DNA from: Actinomycetota bacterium
Lineage (GTDB): Bacteria; Actinomycetota; Acidimicrobiia; Acidimicrobiales; UBA10347
Assembly (NCBI GenBank): GCA_039028435.1
Contig: JBCCIC010000011.1
Location: 102,761-166,760, forward strand
Direction: 5' to 3'
Length of the DNA: 64,000 nt
The position numbers and the translations under genes were made by a program. Positions within the stretch are counted from its first letter, which is position 1. Each line of letters begins with the position of its first letter. The notes beneath the pieces were generated by a model that had not been told where the DNA came from, ran no database searches, and was given only the letters and a program-made list of their open reading frames with translations. Below are positions 53,847 through 62,848 of this stretch, in pieces.

Positions 53847-55895
53847 TCATCCGGAAGTCGATCGATCCCAGGGGAGCTCGAAGAACCGCTCGCCCTCGTG
53901 GGTCCGGGCCACCAGATCTCGCCGGTCGCCGGAGGCGTGCAGTGTCGCCGAGTCTGCGTCGCCGGCCACGATCGCCAAGCCATCCAGCATGTTCTCGGTG
54001 ACGGCGACCTTGACCGAACCGATCGTGAACGAGTCGTCGACCTCGATGGTGACTCGCCGCTGTTCGCGCCGGATCCGGTAGGGCGCAATGGCGCGAAAGA
54101 GGGCCTTGTCCAGCAGGTCGCTCGTGGTCGTGACGGCGATCCGGCCGGAACGCTGCGCGTCGGCGAGCCGGCCGAGTGCCTGCCGGAACGCACCGTCGGC
54201 CTCCTCGGGGGCCATCGGATCGGGAGCGCCGACGAAGTGCCCGTCGGCGTTCGTGACGGTACCGAGGTGCGTGAAGATCACCGACCATCCCCGGTGCTGA
54301 TCTTCGTCAAGAAGTTGTGCCACCTGTTGGTCAAAGTTCTGATAGTCGCACCCGCCGCCTTGGCTGCCGAGGAAGCGACGAAATCGCACGATCCGATGCC
54401 CGTCGCGGCACTGGCCCAGGACGAACAGGGAGTCGTCGGTGTCGAACCCGGCGCGCAGCTTGGCGCGATCGATGGTGTAGTCACGGTCGGTCCAGAAGTA
54501 CCGCGTGCCTTCAGCCAACGTGAGGTCGAGGTGATAGCTGGGCGAGCCCTTCACATCGCCCGCCTGATAGGTCGCGCCAAGGAACCCGATGTTCTGGAGG
54601 TCGTGTTCACCTCCGTGATTCGAGAAGATCGGCAAACGAACACCGAGATCGTCGAGACGCGTGTAGATCGCGTCCACCGTCTCCCTGGTCAGCTCCATCG
54701 ACGCCAGGTCGGCGCGCCCGTGCAGTTCGGGGATACGGCTCGAGAAGGCATGGTGCGTGTCGATTCGACCCGCTCGAATCCAGTCCAGGATCTCGTCGGA
54801 TTCCGCAGTCGGGGCCAGGTGGTCGTCGAGGAGGGACCAGTCCGCCAGGCCGCACGGAAGGACCCAGAAGCTGAACGACGTATCGAGCCCGTACTCCTCG
54901 AAGGCGCGGATCAGGGAGCGCTGCTGCGCAAGGGAGGTGAACTCGACATCGGAGTTGACGGCAACCACCGCGTCGTAGGGCAGTGGCGTGTCCCGGACTC
55001 GCTCACCGGACTGCTCGACCGCAACCTGCGCCGGCGTCGCCGAACCCGCCGGTTTCTGTGCGAGGAATTCGACGAGTCGTTCGTAGGCACCGACCTTCGG
55101 CGACTCGACCGCACCGTCGAAACCGGCGGCCTGGCGGACATCCAGGTGGCCCATCGGGGCCGCGGCCACGAGGTCGAGACCGAACTCGGCCACCAGCTCG
55201 GGGAGATACTCGAGCGTCGCGAAATTGGGCGTGGCGTGGTCACTAACCCCCTTCAGGATCGCCGACATGCCCCACTGTGCGGCGCCTCCGACGACCTCCA
55301 TCGTGCCGTCGTCGATGCCGTTGAGGATGTGTTCCATCATCATCCCCGGGCCGTTGTACTCGCCGACGAAGAGACGACCGCCGGGGCGCAGGAGCCGATG
55401 GGCCTCGGACAGGATGAAGGATCGATCCAGATACATGAGTGCCCCGGACAGCCAGATGGTGTCGAAACTCTCGGCGGGGAACTCACCAATCAACTCGACT
55501 TCGCCGTCGAAGATCGACACGTTCTCGAAACCGAGATGCCGGCAGTAGCCGAGGGCGACGCGATTCGCCTCGACCACACGATCGAGCCCGTACACCTCCC
55601 GATGTGTCTCGGCCAGAAACGGGGTCCATCGTCCGACTCCGGACAACAGATCGAGCGCACGCTCCCCCGCGACCTGCACGCGCTGCTGGATCGTTGATCG
55701 GAAGTGCGCGAGTCCCAACTCGTTGGCGACGTAGACCGATGCATCAGCCTCGTGGTACGGATTCCGACCGTCGTTGAACGTTGTGAGGTCGAAGTCCAGA
55801 AACGCTTCCGGGGTCATCGTCCGCCACGTGTCGGTTGGCCTCGCGACTCCGGGGACCTCCAGATGAAGCTCGGTCGTCGTCGGATCACCGGTCAT
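53847..55895 (-). CDS. Fusion protein with an N-terminal class I methyltransferase domain and an uncharacterised C-terminal region of about 430 aa
   Basis: ALDLLSGVGRWTPFLA (motif I variant)...FDTIWLSGALMYL...LLRPGGRLFV. I recognise no motif in the C-terminus. Start at ATG 55895 (ATGA overlap with the upstream stop). Confidence 0.7.
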   Translation of the reverse strand: MTGDPTTTELHLEVPGVARPTDTWRTMTPEAFLDFDLTTFNDGRNPYHEADASVYVANELGLAHFRSTIQQRVQVAGERALDLLSGVGRWTPFLAETHREVYGLDRVVEANRVALGYCRHLGFENVSIFDGEVELIGEFPAESFDTIWLSGALMYLDRSFILSEAHRLLRPGGRLFVGEYNGPGMMMEHILNGIDDGTMEVVGGAAQWGMSAILKGVSDHATPNFATLEYLPELVAEFGLDLVAAAPMGHLDVRQAAGFDGAVESPKVGAYERLVEFLAQKPAGSATPAQVAVEQSGERVRDTPLPYDAVVAVNSDVEFTSLAQQRSLIRAFEEYGLDTSFSFWVLPCGLADWSLLDDHLAPTAESDEILDWIRAGRIDTHHAFSSRIPELHGRADLASMELTRETVDAIYTRLDDLGVRLPIFSNHGGEHDLQNIGFLGATYQAGDVKGSPSYHLDLTLAEGTRYFWTDRDYTIDRAKLRAGFDTDDSLFVLGQCRDGHRIVRFRRFLGSQGGGCDYQNFDQQVAQLLDEDQHRGWSVIFTHLGTVTNADGHFVGAPDPMAPEEADGAFRQALGRLADAQRSGRIAVTTTSDLLDKALFRAIAPYRIRREQRRVTIEVDDSFTIGSVKVAVTENMLDGLAIVAGDADSATLHASGDRRDLVARTHEGERFFELPWDRSTSG

Positions 55896-57025
55896 GATGG
55901 CTCCCTGGACCCGTGTCCCTCGGTCGCGGCCAACGCCTGCTCCCACAGCACGGGATGTGCAGCAACTTCGTGCATCAAGTTCGTGACGATGTGGATGTCG
56001 AGGGCCGAGGACCCGGCATCGAGCGCACGCAGTTCGTCGAGGTTCCGCTCGCCCAGGTCGAGCCGCTCCCAGACGGCCGACACCACCACCGCTCGCGGAT
56101 CGGCCACATCAGCGGCACTCAACTCGTCAAGCATCGACTGGGCCACGCCGACCGGATCATCGTCGCCCGAGAACGATCCGGTGACCCCGTAGACCCAAGG
56201 CTGGTCCGTCTCGCCGCGAACGGGACGGCATCGCTGGAGCGATACCACCGACGAGTGACCGGCCACATTGAGGTAGTCCAGACCATCGGCAAGCTCGCGG
56301 TCCAACTGAATCATGAGTGTGGACTGGACTCTCTGAGGCTCGGTGTCCGATCTCGAGCCGATCGGCTGGTCCACGCGCAGGTGTCGGCCACCAAGGATGC
56401 GCCGCGCCGCGACTTCACACGATGACCGCCCTTCGAGTGCCACATGCATCGCCGTCGAACCGGACTCAAGCAGTCGCGCTCCCGTCTCGAGTCGAACGGT
56501 GACACCTGCGTCGACAGCGTTGCCGAACAGGCGGTCGATCAGCAGCTGGATTCCTGGCATCGGATACGCGAAGTCTCGTTCGTAGCGCTGGTGCGCCTCG
56601 GCCAACACCTGAAGCGACTCGGTATCGCGCCCGGTCGCAATCGCCTCGAGCAGGTGATATTGGCTCCAGCTCAAGAGTGATCCCTGGGGGTCCCAGCGCG
56701 GAACGCTCGAGCCGAGCAGCAGCTCCGCTCGGGCGCACGCCTCGTCGGTGTAGCGCTCGTGCGACCAGTAGCGGATCGGGCGAGGATGGAGCGGAATGCC
56801 GGCGCGCCGCAACAGGTCGTATGCCTCGGGGACCGGGCTCAGCAGGTGCGGTGCGACCTCGAACAGTCCATGCTGGGCACCGAAGGACGGTCGCGATTGC
56901 CAGGCACCACCCGGGCTGGCGGATTCATCGACGACGAGGACGATCTCCGCGGCGCGCGCCGCCAGGATCGCTCGCACCAGGTTGGCAGGGCTGCTGCCGA
57001 GCACCAGCAGGTCGAGCTCGCGCAC
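55892..57025 (-). CDS. Flavoprotein-like (Rossmann N-terminus) protein, paralogue of 60589..61767, with a degenerate dinucleotide motif
   Basis: LDLLVLGSSPANLVRA...VVDESASPGGAWQS...FEVAPHLLSPVPEAYDLLRRAGIPLHPR aligns with DLVVVGSGPTHLVRA...ILESQARIGGAWAA...YEVVPHHLSPYPDAYAMLEAAGLELVPR. Confidence 0.6.
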   Translation of the reverse strand: MRELDLLVLGSSPANLVRAILAARAAEIVLVVDESASPGGAWQSRPSFGAQHGLFEVAPHLLSPVPEAYDLLRRAGIPLHPRPIRYWSHERYTDEACARAELLLGSSVPRWDPQGSLLSWSQYHLLEAIATGRDTESLQVLAEAHQRYERDFAYPMPGIQLLIDRLFGNAVDAGVTVRLETGARLLESGSTAMHVALEGRSSCEVAARRILGGRHLRVDQPIGSRSDTEPQRVQSTLMIQLDRELADGLDYLNVAGHSSVVSLQRCRPVRGETDQPWVYGVTGSFSGDDDPVGVAQSMLDELSAADVADPRAVVVSAVWERLDLGERNLDELRALDAGSSALDIHIVTNLMHEVAAHPVLWEQALAATEGHGSREPS

Positions 57026-57028
57026 GAT

Positions 57029-58300
57029 TCACGTCCCGCGCAGCAGCCGTCGCAGCAACGATCGCACACGACCCAGCAGAGTGCGAACCCTGGTGCGCGC
57101 CGATGGCGCCTCCGCGCTGGCACGCAACGCGTCGCGTTCGGCCTCGGCTGAACGGAGCCGGGCTTGTATGGATTCGAGGCGTGCGTCGAGGTCATCAAGT
57201 CGAGCGCCGACCTCGGTAGGCACCTCGAGTGAAGATGCTGCCAACTCGTCTCGAAGGACCTGCTCGCGGTTCGCCTGCGCCGTGAGCACGTAGTCCACTT
57301 GGGTCGCGATGAACGCCTGAAGCTGCTCATCGCCGAAGGCACTCATCGCCTGAGCGGACACCAGTTCAGCGGCGAGGGTAATGAGATCGCCTCGGGTCTC
57401 CGCAAGAGCTCGGGCCCCGGCCGGGCCCTCCATCTTGGTGAATCGGATCACCGTGCTCGACACGGCATGGCCGGCTTGAAGGTGACGAAACCCTGTGGCG
57501 ACGTAGCCCTCATCGGCGAAGACCTGAATCAGCGAACGGGTCGAGAAATGGCGAACGTGGAACTCGTCGAGCAGCAGGTGCTCATGGTTGGCTCGGTCAT
57601 CCTCGATCTCCTCGAGCCGAAGGTCGAGCGCGCTTCGAGCCGTCGCGGCCGAGTCGGGGTCCTCGCGTCCGTCGCGGCGCAATGTCGAACCGTCCACGCA
57701 CTCCCGGTACGCGGTCTCGTCATCAACGAAGCCGCCCCAGAACACGATGGACCCACCAGACGCAAGGACCCGGTCGGCTTCGCGAATTGCCGTCGGCACA
57801 TGCAGCACGTGATCGAGCGACGTTGCGAACAACACGGTGTCGAAACGATCGTCGGCGAAGGGAAGCCGCTCGGCGAACGCCGTCACCAGCGGGAACGGCG
57901 GCACCTGGGCGGGCGGCATCGGGTCGACGCCGACGAACTCTGCGACACCGTCGGAGACGTACCCCGGTCGATGGAATGAGCCGCTTCCGACGTCGAGTAG
58001 CCGGAGTCCGTCGGCCTCGAGGAAGTCTCGCACCTCGGCGACATCCGCACGATCCGACGTCGACACGCTGTCCGCCGCACCGTCGAGGTAGAGCTGCTCG
58101 GACGCAAGCTGGGTGAGATGCCAACCAGCAAGCAGATCGGTTGGCTGGTCCGCGTAGGTTCGCCAATCAACACACTGCACGGTTTCGTGCACCACCGGAA
58201 ACACCGCACCGCACGATCGACACTCGGTCGGCGACGCAACCGTCAAGGGCGCGAGACACGTCGGACAGGCGAGTTGCTGGGAAGGGCCCGAGTTCGTCAT
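57029..58300 (-). CDS. SAM-dependent methyltransferase with an N-terminal zinc ribbon and a C-terminal coiled-coil tail of about 130 aa (WbdD-like candidate)
   Basis: CPTCLAPL...CRSCGAVF. LLDVGSGS (motif I), RFDTVLFATSLDHV, LASGGSIVFW. Heptad-like C-terminus LDDLDARLESIQARLRSAEAERDALRASAE. Start at ATG 58300, directly after the wzt stop. Confidence 0.75.
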   Translation of the reverse strand: MTNSGPSQQLACPTCLAPLTVASPTECRSCGAVFPVVHETVQCVDWRTYADQPTDLLAGWHLTQLASEQLYLDGAADSVSTSDRADVAEVRDFLEADGLRLLDVGSGSFHRPGYVSDGVAEFVGVDPMPPAQVPPFPLVTAFAERLPFADDRFDTVLFATSLDHVLHVPTAIREADRVLASGGSIVFWGGFVDDETAYRECVDGSTLRRDGREDPDSAATARSALDLRLEEIEDDRANHEHLLLDEFHVRHFSTRSLIQVFADEGYVATGFRHLQAGHAVSSTVIRFTKMEGPAGARALAETRGDLITLAAELVSAQAMSAFGDEQLQAFIATQVDYVLTAQANREQVLRDELAASSLEVPTEVGARLDDLDARLESIQARLRSAEAERDALRASAEAPSARTRVRTLLGRVRSLLRRLLRGT

Positions 58301-59766
58301 GTGCCGAGATTCCCCCCTTCGCCGTCGGCCTCGATCGAGCCCCTCGGGGTGACCGACGCTTCGCCAGTGGCCGTCCACGAGGAGGGACTCAGGAACACCT
58401 GCGTGAGCTCCTCGGCGTCGTTGCGATGAACGACCGAGAAGTGGCGATAGCGCGGCTTGAAGTCGTGATAGTCCGCAATCGCATAGGTGCGCGGTCGAGG
58501 CTCGAGACCCACATCCAGAAAGTACACGCCGGGATTCAGGCCGAGGTGTGAGGCTGCGACCGAGAACCGGGAGCGGCCGGGTCGAACGGCAAGGTCCACG
58601 GCTGCCAGTTCGTACTCGTGGGACAAGTGGCGATGCGACGTCGCCGTCCAGATCATCAACGTGTCGTCACGGCGCTGGACCGCAAGGTATAGGCCGAGCG
58701 TGTGCGATGCGATCTCCGACTCGACGTCGATGTGGAAGACGAACTCGGAACCGAACACGAAGACGTCCTCGGCGATCGACTCCGCCTCGATCGTCACGTC
58801 GACGACCCGGACCCGCTGGTCCCCGGCCGAGCTGCGGGCATCGTTGCCAAGGCGTTGCGCTCGAGACGCGACCGTGAGCCCATCGTCCTCGGCATCGTGG
58901 CCCGACGGGACCCCGCCTGCAGTGGGGTCGGCTGAGCCTCCACCCCCCGTCGGATCGATCAGTTCGACAGGCGCCGAGCCCAGCGTTTCGACCGCCGCCA
59001 CCTCGCCGCTCGACTGGTTCTCGTATGCGAGCACCCGGTTGTACGTGTCGATCTCGTAGTGCTTGCAGACCGTCTCGGAGTCACCGAGTTCGACGATGCG
59101 CCCGTTCTCCAGCCAGATCGCCCGTGACGCGAACCTCGTGATGATCGTGCTGCTGTGGCTGACGAGCAAGACCGTGGAGCCGGAGGTGACGATCTCCTCC
59201 ACCCTTCGAAGGCACTTCTGCACGAAGGCCGCATCGCCGGCCGCCAGCGCCTCGTCGATGATCAGAATGTCCGGTTCGACACTGATGGCCGTGCTGAAGG
59301 TCAACCGCGCCTGCATGCCCGACGAGTAGGTCTTGAACGGCTCATCGATGACGTCCTCGAGCTCGCTGAACGCCACGATTTCGGGGAGCTTGCGCTCTAC
59401 CTCCTTGCGAGACATCCCCATCGCAATGCCACCGAGATAGACGTTCTGGCGGCCTGACTGTTCGGGATCAAATCCCGTGCCGAGCTCGAGAATCGCGGTC
59501 AGCGTGCCGTCGATCTGCACGTCGCCAGACGACTGCTGCAGCGTGCCGGCGATGATGCTGAGGAGGGTGCTCTTCCCGGCCCCGTTCGCACCGATCACAC
59601 CGACGACCTCGCCTCGATCCACGTCGAACGAGACGTCGGCCAAGACGTGCTTCTCGACGTGCATCGGCTTCCGCCGGATCAACTCCCAGAACAGGTCGGA
59701 GGGTTTGGGATAGACCCGATAGAACTTGCCCAAGTCCCGCACTTGGATGGCCGGATCGCTGGCCAT
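58297..59766 (-). CDS. wzt: O-antigen/teichoic-acid-type ABC exporter ATP-binding protein with an extended C-terminal domain
   Basis: VIGANGAGKSTLL, YSSGMQARL, ILIIDEALAAGD. About 240 aa then follow the NBD and end in beta-rich segments (VRVVDVTIE...FVFHIDVES...LGLYLAV). Start at ATG 59766 (ATGA overlap with the wzm stop). Confidence 0.85.
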   Translation of the reverse strand: MASDPAIQVRDLGKFYRVYPKPSDLFWELIRRKPMHVEKHVLADVSFDVDRGEVVGVIGANGAGKSTLLSIIAGTLQQSSGDVQIDGTLTAILELGTGFDPEQSGRQNVYLGGIAMGMSRKEVERKLPEIVAFSELEDVIDEPFKTYSSGMQARLTFSTAISVEPDILIIDEALAAGDAAFVQKCLRRVEEIVTSGSTVLLVSHSSTIITRFASRAIWLENGRIVELGDSETVCKHYEIDTYNRVLAYENQSSGEVAAVETLGSAPVELIDPTGGGGSADPTAGGVPSGHDAEDDGLTVASRAQRLGNDARSSAGDQRVRVVDVTIEAESIAEDVFVFGSEFVFHIDVESEIASHTLGLYLAVQRRDDTLMIWTATSHRHLSHEYELAAVDLAVRPGRSRFSVAASHLGLNPGVYFLDVGLEPRPRTYAIADYHDFKPRYRHFSVVHRNDAEELTQVFLSPSSWTATGEASVTPRGSIEADGEGGNLGT

Positions 59767-60605
59767 CAGAGCACCGTCGAGAAGTGGGGCCGGAGACGAT
59801 TGAACAGGCTGTAGCCAACCACGAAGGTCACGAGCGCGAACGCGGCACTGATCAGCCATGCGCTCGGGGTCTCGATCCCGTGATGGTGGAAGATGTCGCG
59901 GTACATCAACAGGGGATAGCCGAACGGATTGAGGTCGATGAACGGGCCCAAGACCGGTGGCGGATCCCCCGGGTAGATGATCGGCGAGACATAGATCCCG
60001 GCCGTCACGAAGATCGTCATCAGGTTGCTGAGGTCGCGAAAGAACGGTGTGAGCGCGGCCAGAAACCACGCCGCACCGACCATGTAGACGAGGGTGATGA
60101 GTGCCGCGACCGGAAACAACGCAAACGACAGGGGAATGCGGCCGAGCTGCACAACGAGAACGATGCTGAGAAACACGAAACCGAGCATCGACTTGAAGCC
60201 GGCGGAGAGCGCGGTACGCACGGGCAGGACGATGGTCGGAAAGATGACCTTCTTCACCAGGTTGGCGTTGCCCGTGATGTCGCCGTTCGACCGGGTCAAG
60301 ACTTCGACGAAACCGAGCCACGGGATCAGCGCCGACAGAAGAAACTGCGTGTAGTTCGAGTCCTCGAAGCCATCCAAGAGGTTCGTGCGAAAGCGGAAGA
60401 CGAACTCGAACACCACCGCATACAACACAATGATCACGAGTGGATTGACGAACGACCAGAACGTGCCGAGGTACTGGCCGACATAGGGCTGCACGATGTC
60501 CTGGCGCGTCATCTCCAACGCAAGCGCGCGGTGTCTCTTCAGCTCGCGAAAGGGAGCGCCAAGTCGGTTCACCGAGGCGGAATGGTACCTACTCGCTGCC
60601 ACCAC
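59766..60605 (-). CDS. wzm: ABC-2-type polysaccharide exporter permease
   Basis: 279 aa, 6 TM segments. N-terminal amphipathic region ELKRHRALALEMTRQDIVQPYVGQYLGTFWSFVNPL is typical of Wzm/TagG. Confidence 0.85.
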   Translation of the reverse strand: MVAASRYHSASVNRLGAPFRELKRHRALALEMTRQDIVQPYVGQYLGTFWSFVNPLVIIVLYAVVFEFVFRFRTNLLDGFEDSNYTQFLLSALIPWLGFVEVLTRSNGDITGNANLVKKVIFPTIVLPVRTALSAGFKSMLGFVFLSIVLVVQLGRIPLSFALFPVAALITLVYMVGAAWFLAALTPFFRDLSNLMTIFVTAGIYVSPIIYPGDPPPVLGPFIDLNPFGYPLLMYRDIFHHHGIETPSAWLISAAFALVTFVVGYSLFNRLRPHFSTVL

Positions 60606-61767
60606 GACCCCCGGGGGTTCCGAGCGCTGTCGCCCAGGCGTCGGCGTGATCGCTCATCTCCTGCCCGATCGCCGCCACATGACTCATTTCGACACGACCG
60701 TCGGTCGCTTCGTTCACCGCCGCGCAGAATTCGCCGGACTGGGCCGCGACCTCGAGATGCTCCCAGCGCGCATCCCAGATCTCGTAGTCGCCGGACACGA
60801 TCCCGACACGGGACATCCGGCGCAGAAGCTCCCGAGCCACTTCGCGGGCATCGAGTGCAACATCGAAGCTGCCACCGATGCAATAGGTGTAGATCTCGTC
60901 CCGGTAGACCTGAACCTGTGACTTGGTGAGCTGGAGATAGGACATCGGCCCGAAGTCCGTGCCGGGATCGTCCTTCACGTTGACATATCGCACCGCTTGG
61001 TCGTGGTCCAGGCGCACCCGGACCAGCAGCGAGTAGAAGTGATTCGTGCGCCGCGGCTCATCGGGAAGGCCCTCGACCGCGAGCTCACCGCTGAAGTGCT
61101 GTCCGAGCAACACCCGTTTCGCGAACACCCGGTGGTGTGGCGTAGCCAGCTCGACGCCATCGCCGGCGAGGCGGACCGAGGCCACCGGCGTGGTGGTCAT
61201 GAGCGAGCAGCCCGATTCCCGGATCCGGTCGCGAAGCCGATCGATGAGGGCTTGCACGCCATCCGCGAAGTAGCGCAGGTTGGCGTTCACATCTCGGTGG
61301 AAGCCCTTGTAGTACTCGATCTCCGATCGCCGCGACACGTCGAGCCAGTCCTGGTGCGCGTACCACTGATCCTCGAGCACGAGCCTGCCACCATCGGCCT
61401 TGCCGACCGGGAACGAGTCCGGGTAGTTCTGCTTGTACCAACGCTTGGACCCCGACGAGAGGCGGCCGTGGTCCCAAGTGTGGATGTGGCGCGGCACGAG
61501 CTCGAGTCCCGCGGCCTCCAACATCGCATAGGCGTCGGGATACGGACTCAGGTGATGAGGGACGACCTCGTACCGGTGCAGCTCGTCGTCGAACGTGGCG
61601 ACGGCGGCCCACGCTCCGCCGATCCTCGCCTGGCTCTCGAGAATCAGGGTCTCCTGGCCATCGTCGGCCGCGTTGATCGCTCGCACCAGGTGCGTCGGTC
61701 CGCTCCCGACAACGACCAGGTCCGCTTCGAGAGGGCGAAACGCGCTCGACGACGACCGAGCGAACAT
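60589..61767 (-). CDS. Flavoprotein-like protein, paralogue of 55892..57025
   Basis: DLVVVGSGPTHLVRAINAADDGQETLILESQARIGGAW is a GxGxxH variant of GxGxxG followed by an E...GG motif, as in Glf and amine-oxidase-type flavoproteins. Confidence 0.6.
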   Translation of the reverse strand: MFARSSSSAFRPLEADLVVVGSGPTHLVRAINAADDGQETLILESQARIGGAWAAVATFDDELHRYEVVPHHLSPYPDAYAMLEAAGLELVPRHIHTWDHGRLSSGSKRWYKQNYPDSFPVGKADGGRLVLEDQWYAHQDWLDVSRRSEIEYYKGFHRDVNANLRYFADGVQALIDRLRDRIRESGCSLMTTTPVASVRLAGDGVELATPHHRVFAKRVLLGQHFSGELAVEGLPDEPRRTNHFYSLLVRVRLDHDQAVRYVNVKDDPGTDFGPMSYLQLTKSQVQVYRDEIYTYCIGGSFDVALDAREVARELLRRMSRVGIVSGDYEIWDARWEHLEVAAQSGEFCAAVNEATDGRVEMSHVAAIGQEMSDHADAWATALGTPGGRGGSE

Positions 61768-61768
61768 C

Positions 61769-62794
61769 TCAGGCCTTGCGAGCGACGAGGAACACGCTGG
61801 GATCCTCGGCGAAGTGGGTCACCGGATCGTCGACCGGGGCGCCGAAGTAGCTCTGGCGGAACTCGACGTCGAAGCCGCTCGCCGCGAACTGATCTCGCAT
61901 CACGAACGGATCGGTGGGTCGCCGGACGGCTTGCCCATCCAGCATGACGGGCGGGACGAGTTCGTCGCCACGATCGACGAACGGCGAAGCCGGCTCCTCG
62001 CCGCCGCGGACGAACACGTCCACTGCGGAGCGGACGTCTTCGGATCGCATGTACGCCGTGTTCCGAGCAAGCGCATCGATGGTCTCGCCGTCGAGCCCGG
62101 TGAACTCTCCGGCGATGAGGGCCCGCCGCATGACGAAGAGTGGACCCGCAGGGGCTTCGGCAGTGCCCTCGCCCAACTCGACCTCGCGGTAGTAGTCGTA
62201 CATCGCGTCGGCGGTCGGCGCGTGGTGCGGGTTCGCGCCGTCATGAACCAGCGCAATCCCTCCCGGACGCAGCACCCGGTACATCTCGGCGATGAGCGGC
62301 TCGATCGCCGCGTCGCCGAGCTGGCAATACACCATCTGCAACGTGACCCAGTCGAACTCGGCATTCGCGAACGGAACTGCGCTCTCGCCGCTGGCCACGA
62401 GTTCGATGCCCTCGGTGCCCGTCTCCTCGATCCAGTACCGACCGTCCTCGACGAGGTGCTCGGCGTAGTCACATCCGACGATCTCGCCGGCGCCGAGCCG
62501 CTGCATGATCAGAAGCTTCGTGCCAACCGAGCACCCCAGCTCGAGACCTCGACTTCGGGCGAGGTTCGGGACATGACGGAGATGGGTGGCGATCGCGATC
62601 CAGTTCGCTCGGAAGTTCTCCGGGTCATCCAGGACATCGATCTCGAACTGCAGGTTCGGACGATCGGAGGCGTCGACGCGCCCGAGGAGTTGTGTGACGG
62701 CCTGGTGATCACGGCGGATGCGACGGTCCCTACGATCGGGGGTGATGCGGTCGATGTTCGACACGTCGAACGCAAAGGGTCGGAATCGGCGCAT
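61769..62794 (-). CDS. Class I SAM-dependent methyltransferase
   Basis: GLELGCSVGTKLL (motif I), IVGCDYA, FDWVTLQMVY, VLRPGGIALV. Start at ATG 62794 (MRRFRPF). The part of the 615-aa track ORF upstream of this is antisense to a plus-strand gene. Confidence 0.8.
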   Translation of the reverse strand: MRRFRPFAFDVSNIDRITPDRRDRRIRRDHQAVTQLLGRVDASDRPNLQFEIDVLDDPENFRANWIAIATHLRHVPNLARSRGLELGCSVGTKLLIMQRLGAGEIVGCDYAEHLVEDGRYWIEETGTEGIELVASGESAVPFANAEFDWVTLQMVYCQLGDAAIEPLIAEMYRVLRPGGIALVHDGANPHHAPTADAMYDYYREVELGEGTAEAPAGPLFVMRRALIAGEFTGLDGETIDALARNTAYMRSEDVRSAVDVFVRGGEEPASPFVDRGDELVPPVMLDGQAVRRPTDPFVMRDQFAASGFDVEFRQSYFGAPVDDPVTHFAEDPSVFLVARKA

Positions 62795-62848
62795 AGTGGT
62801 CAAGCCTCGGCGATCGCGGCGGCGACCGCCGTAGGTCGCCACGCTATC

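Noticed and set aside
46204-60605. RTX protein plus ABC transporter forming a type I secretion system
   Set aside because: The ABC system is a Wzm/Wzt ABC-2 polysaccharide exporter, not an HlyB-type fused transporter. There is no HlyD or TolC-like gene. The RTX protein has an N-terminal Sec signal.
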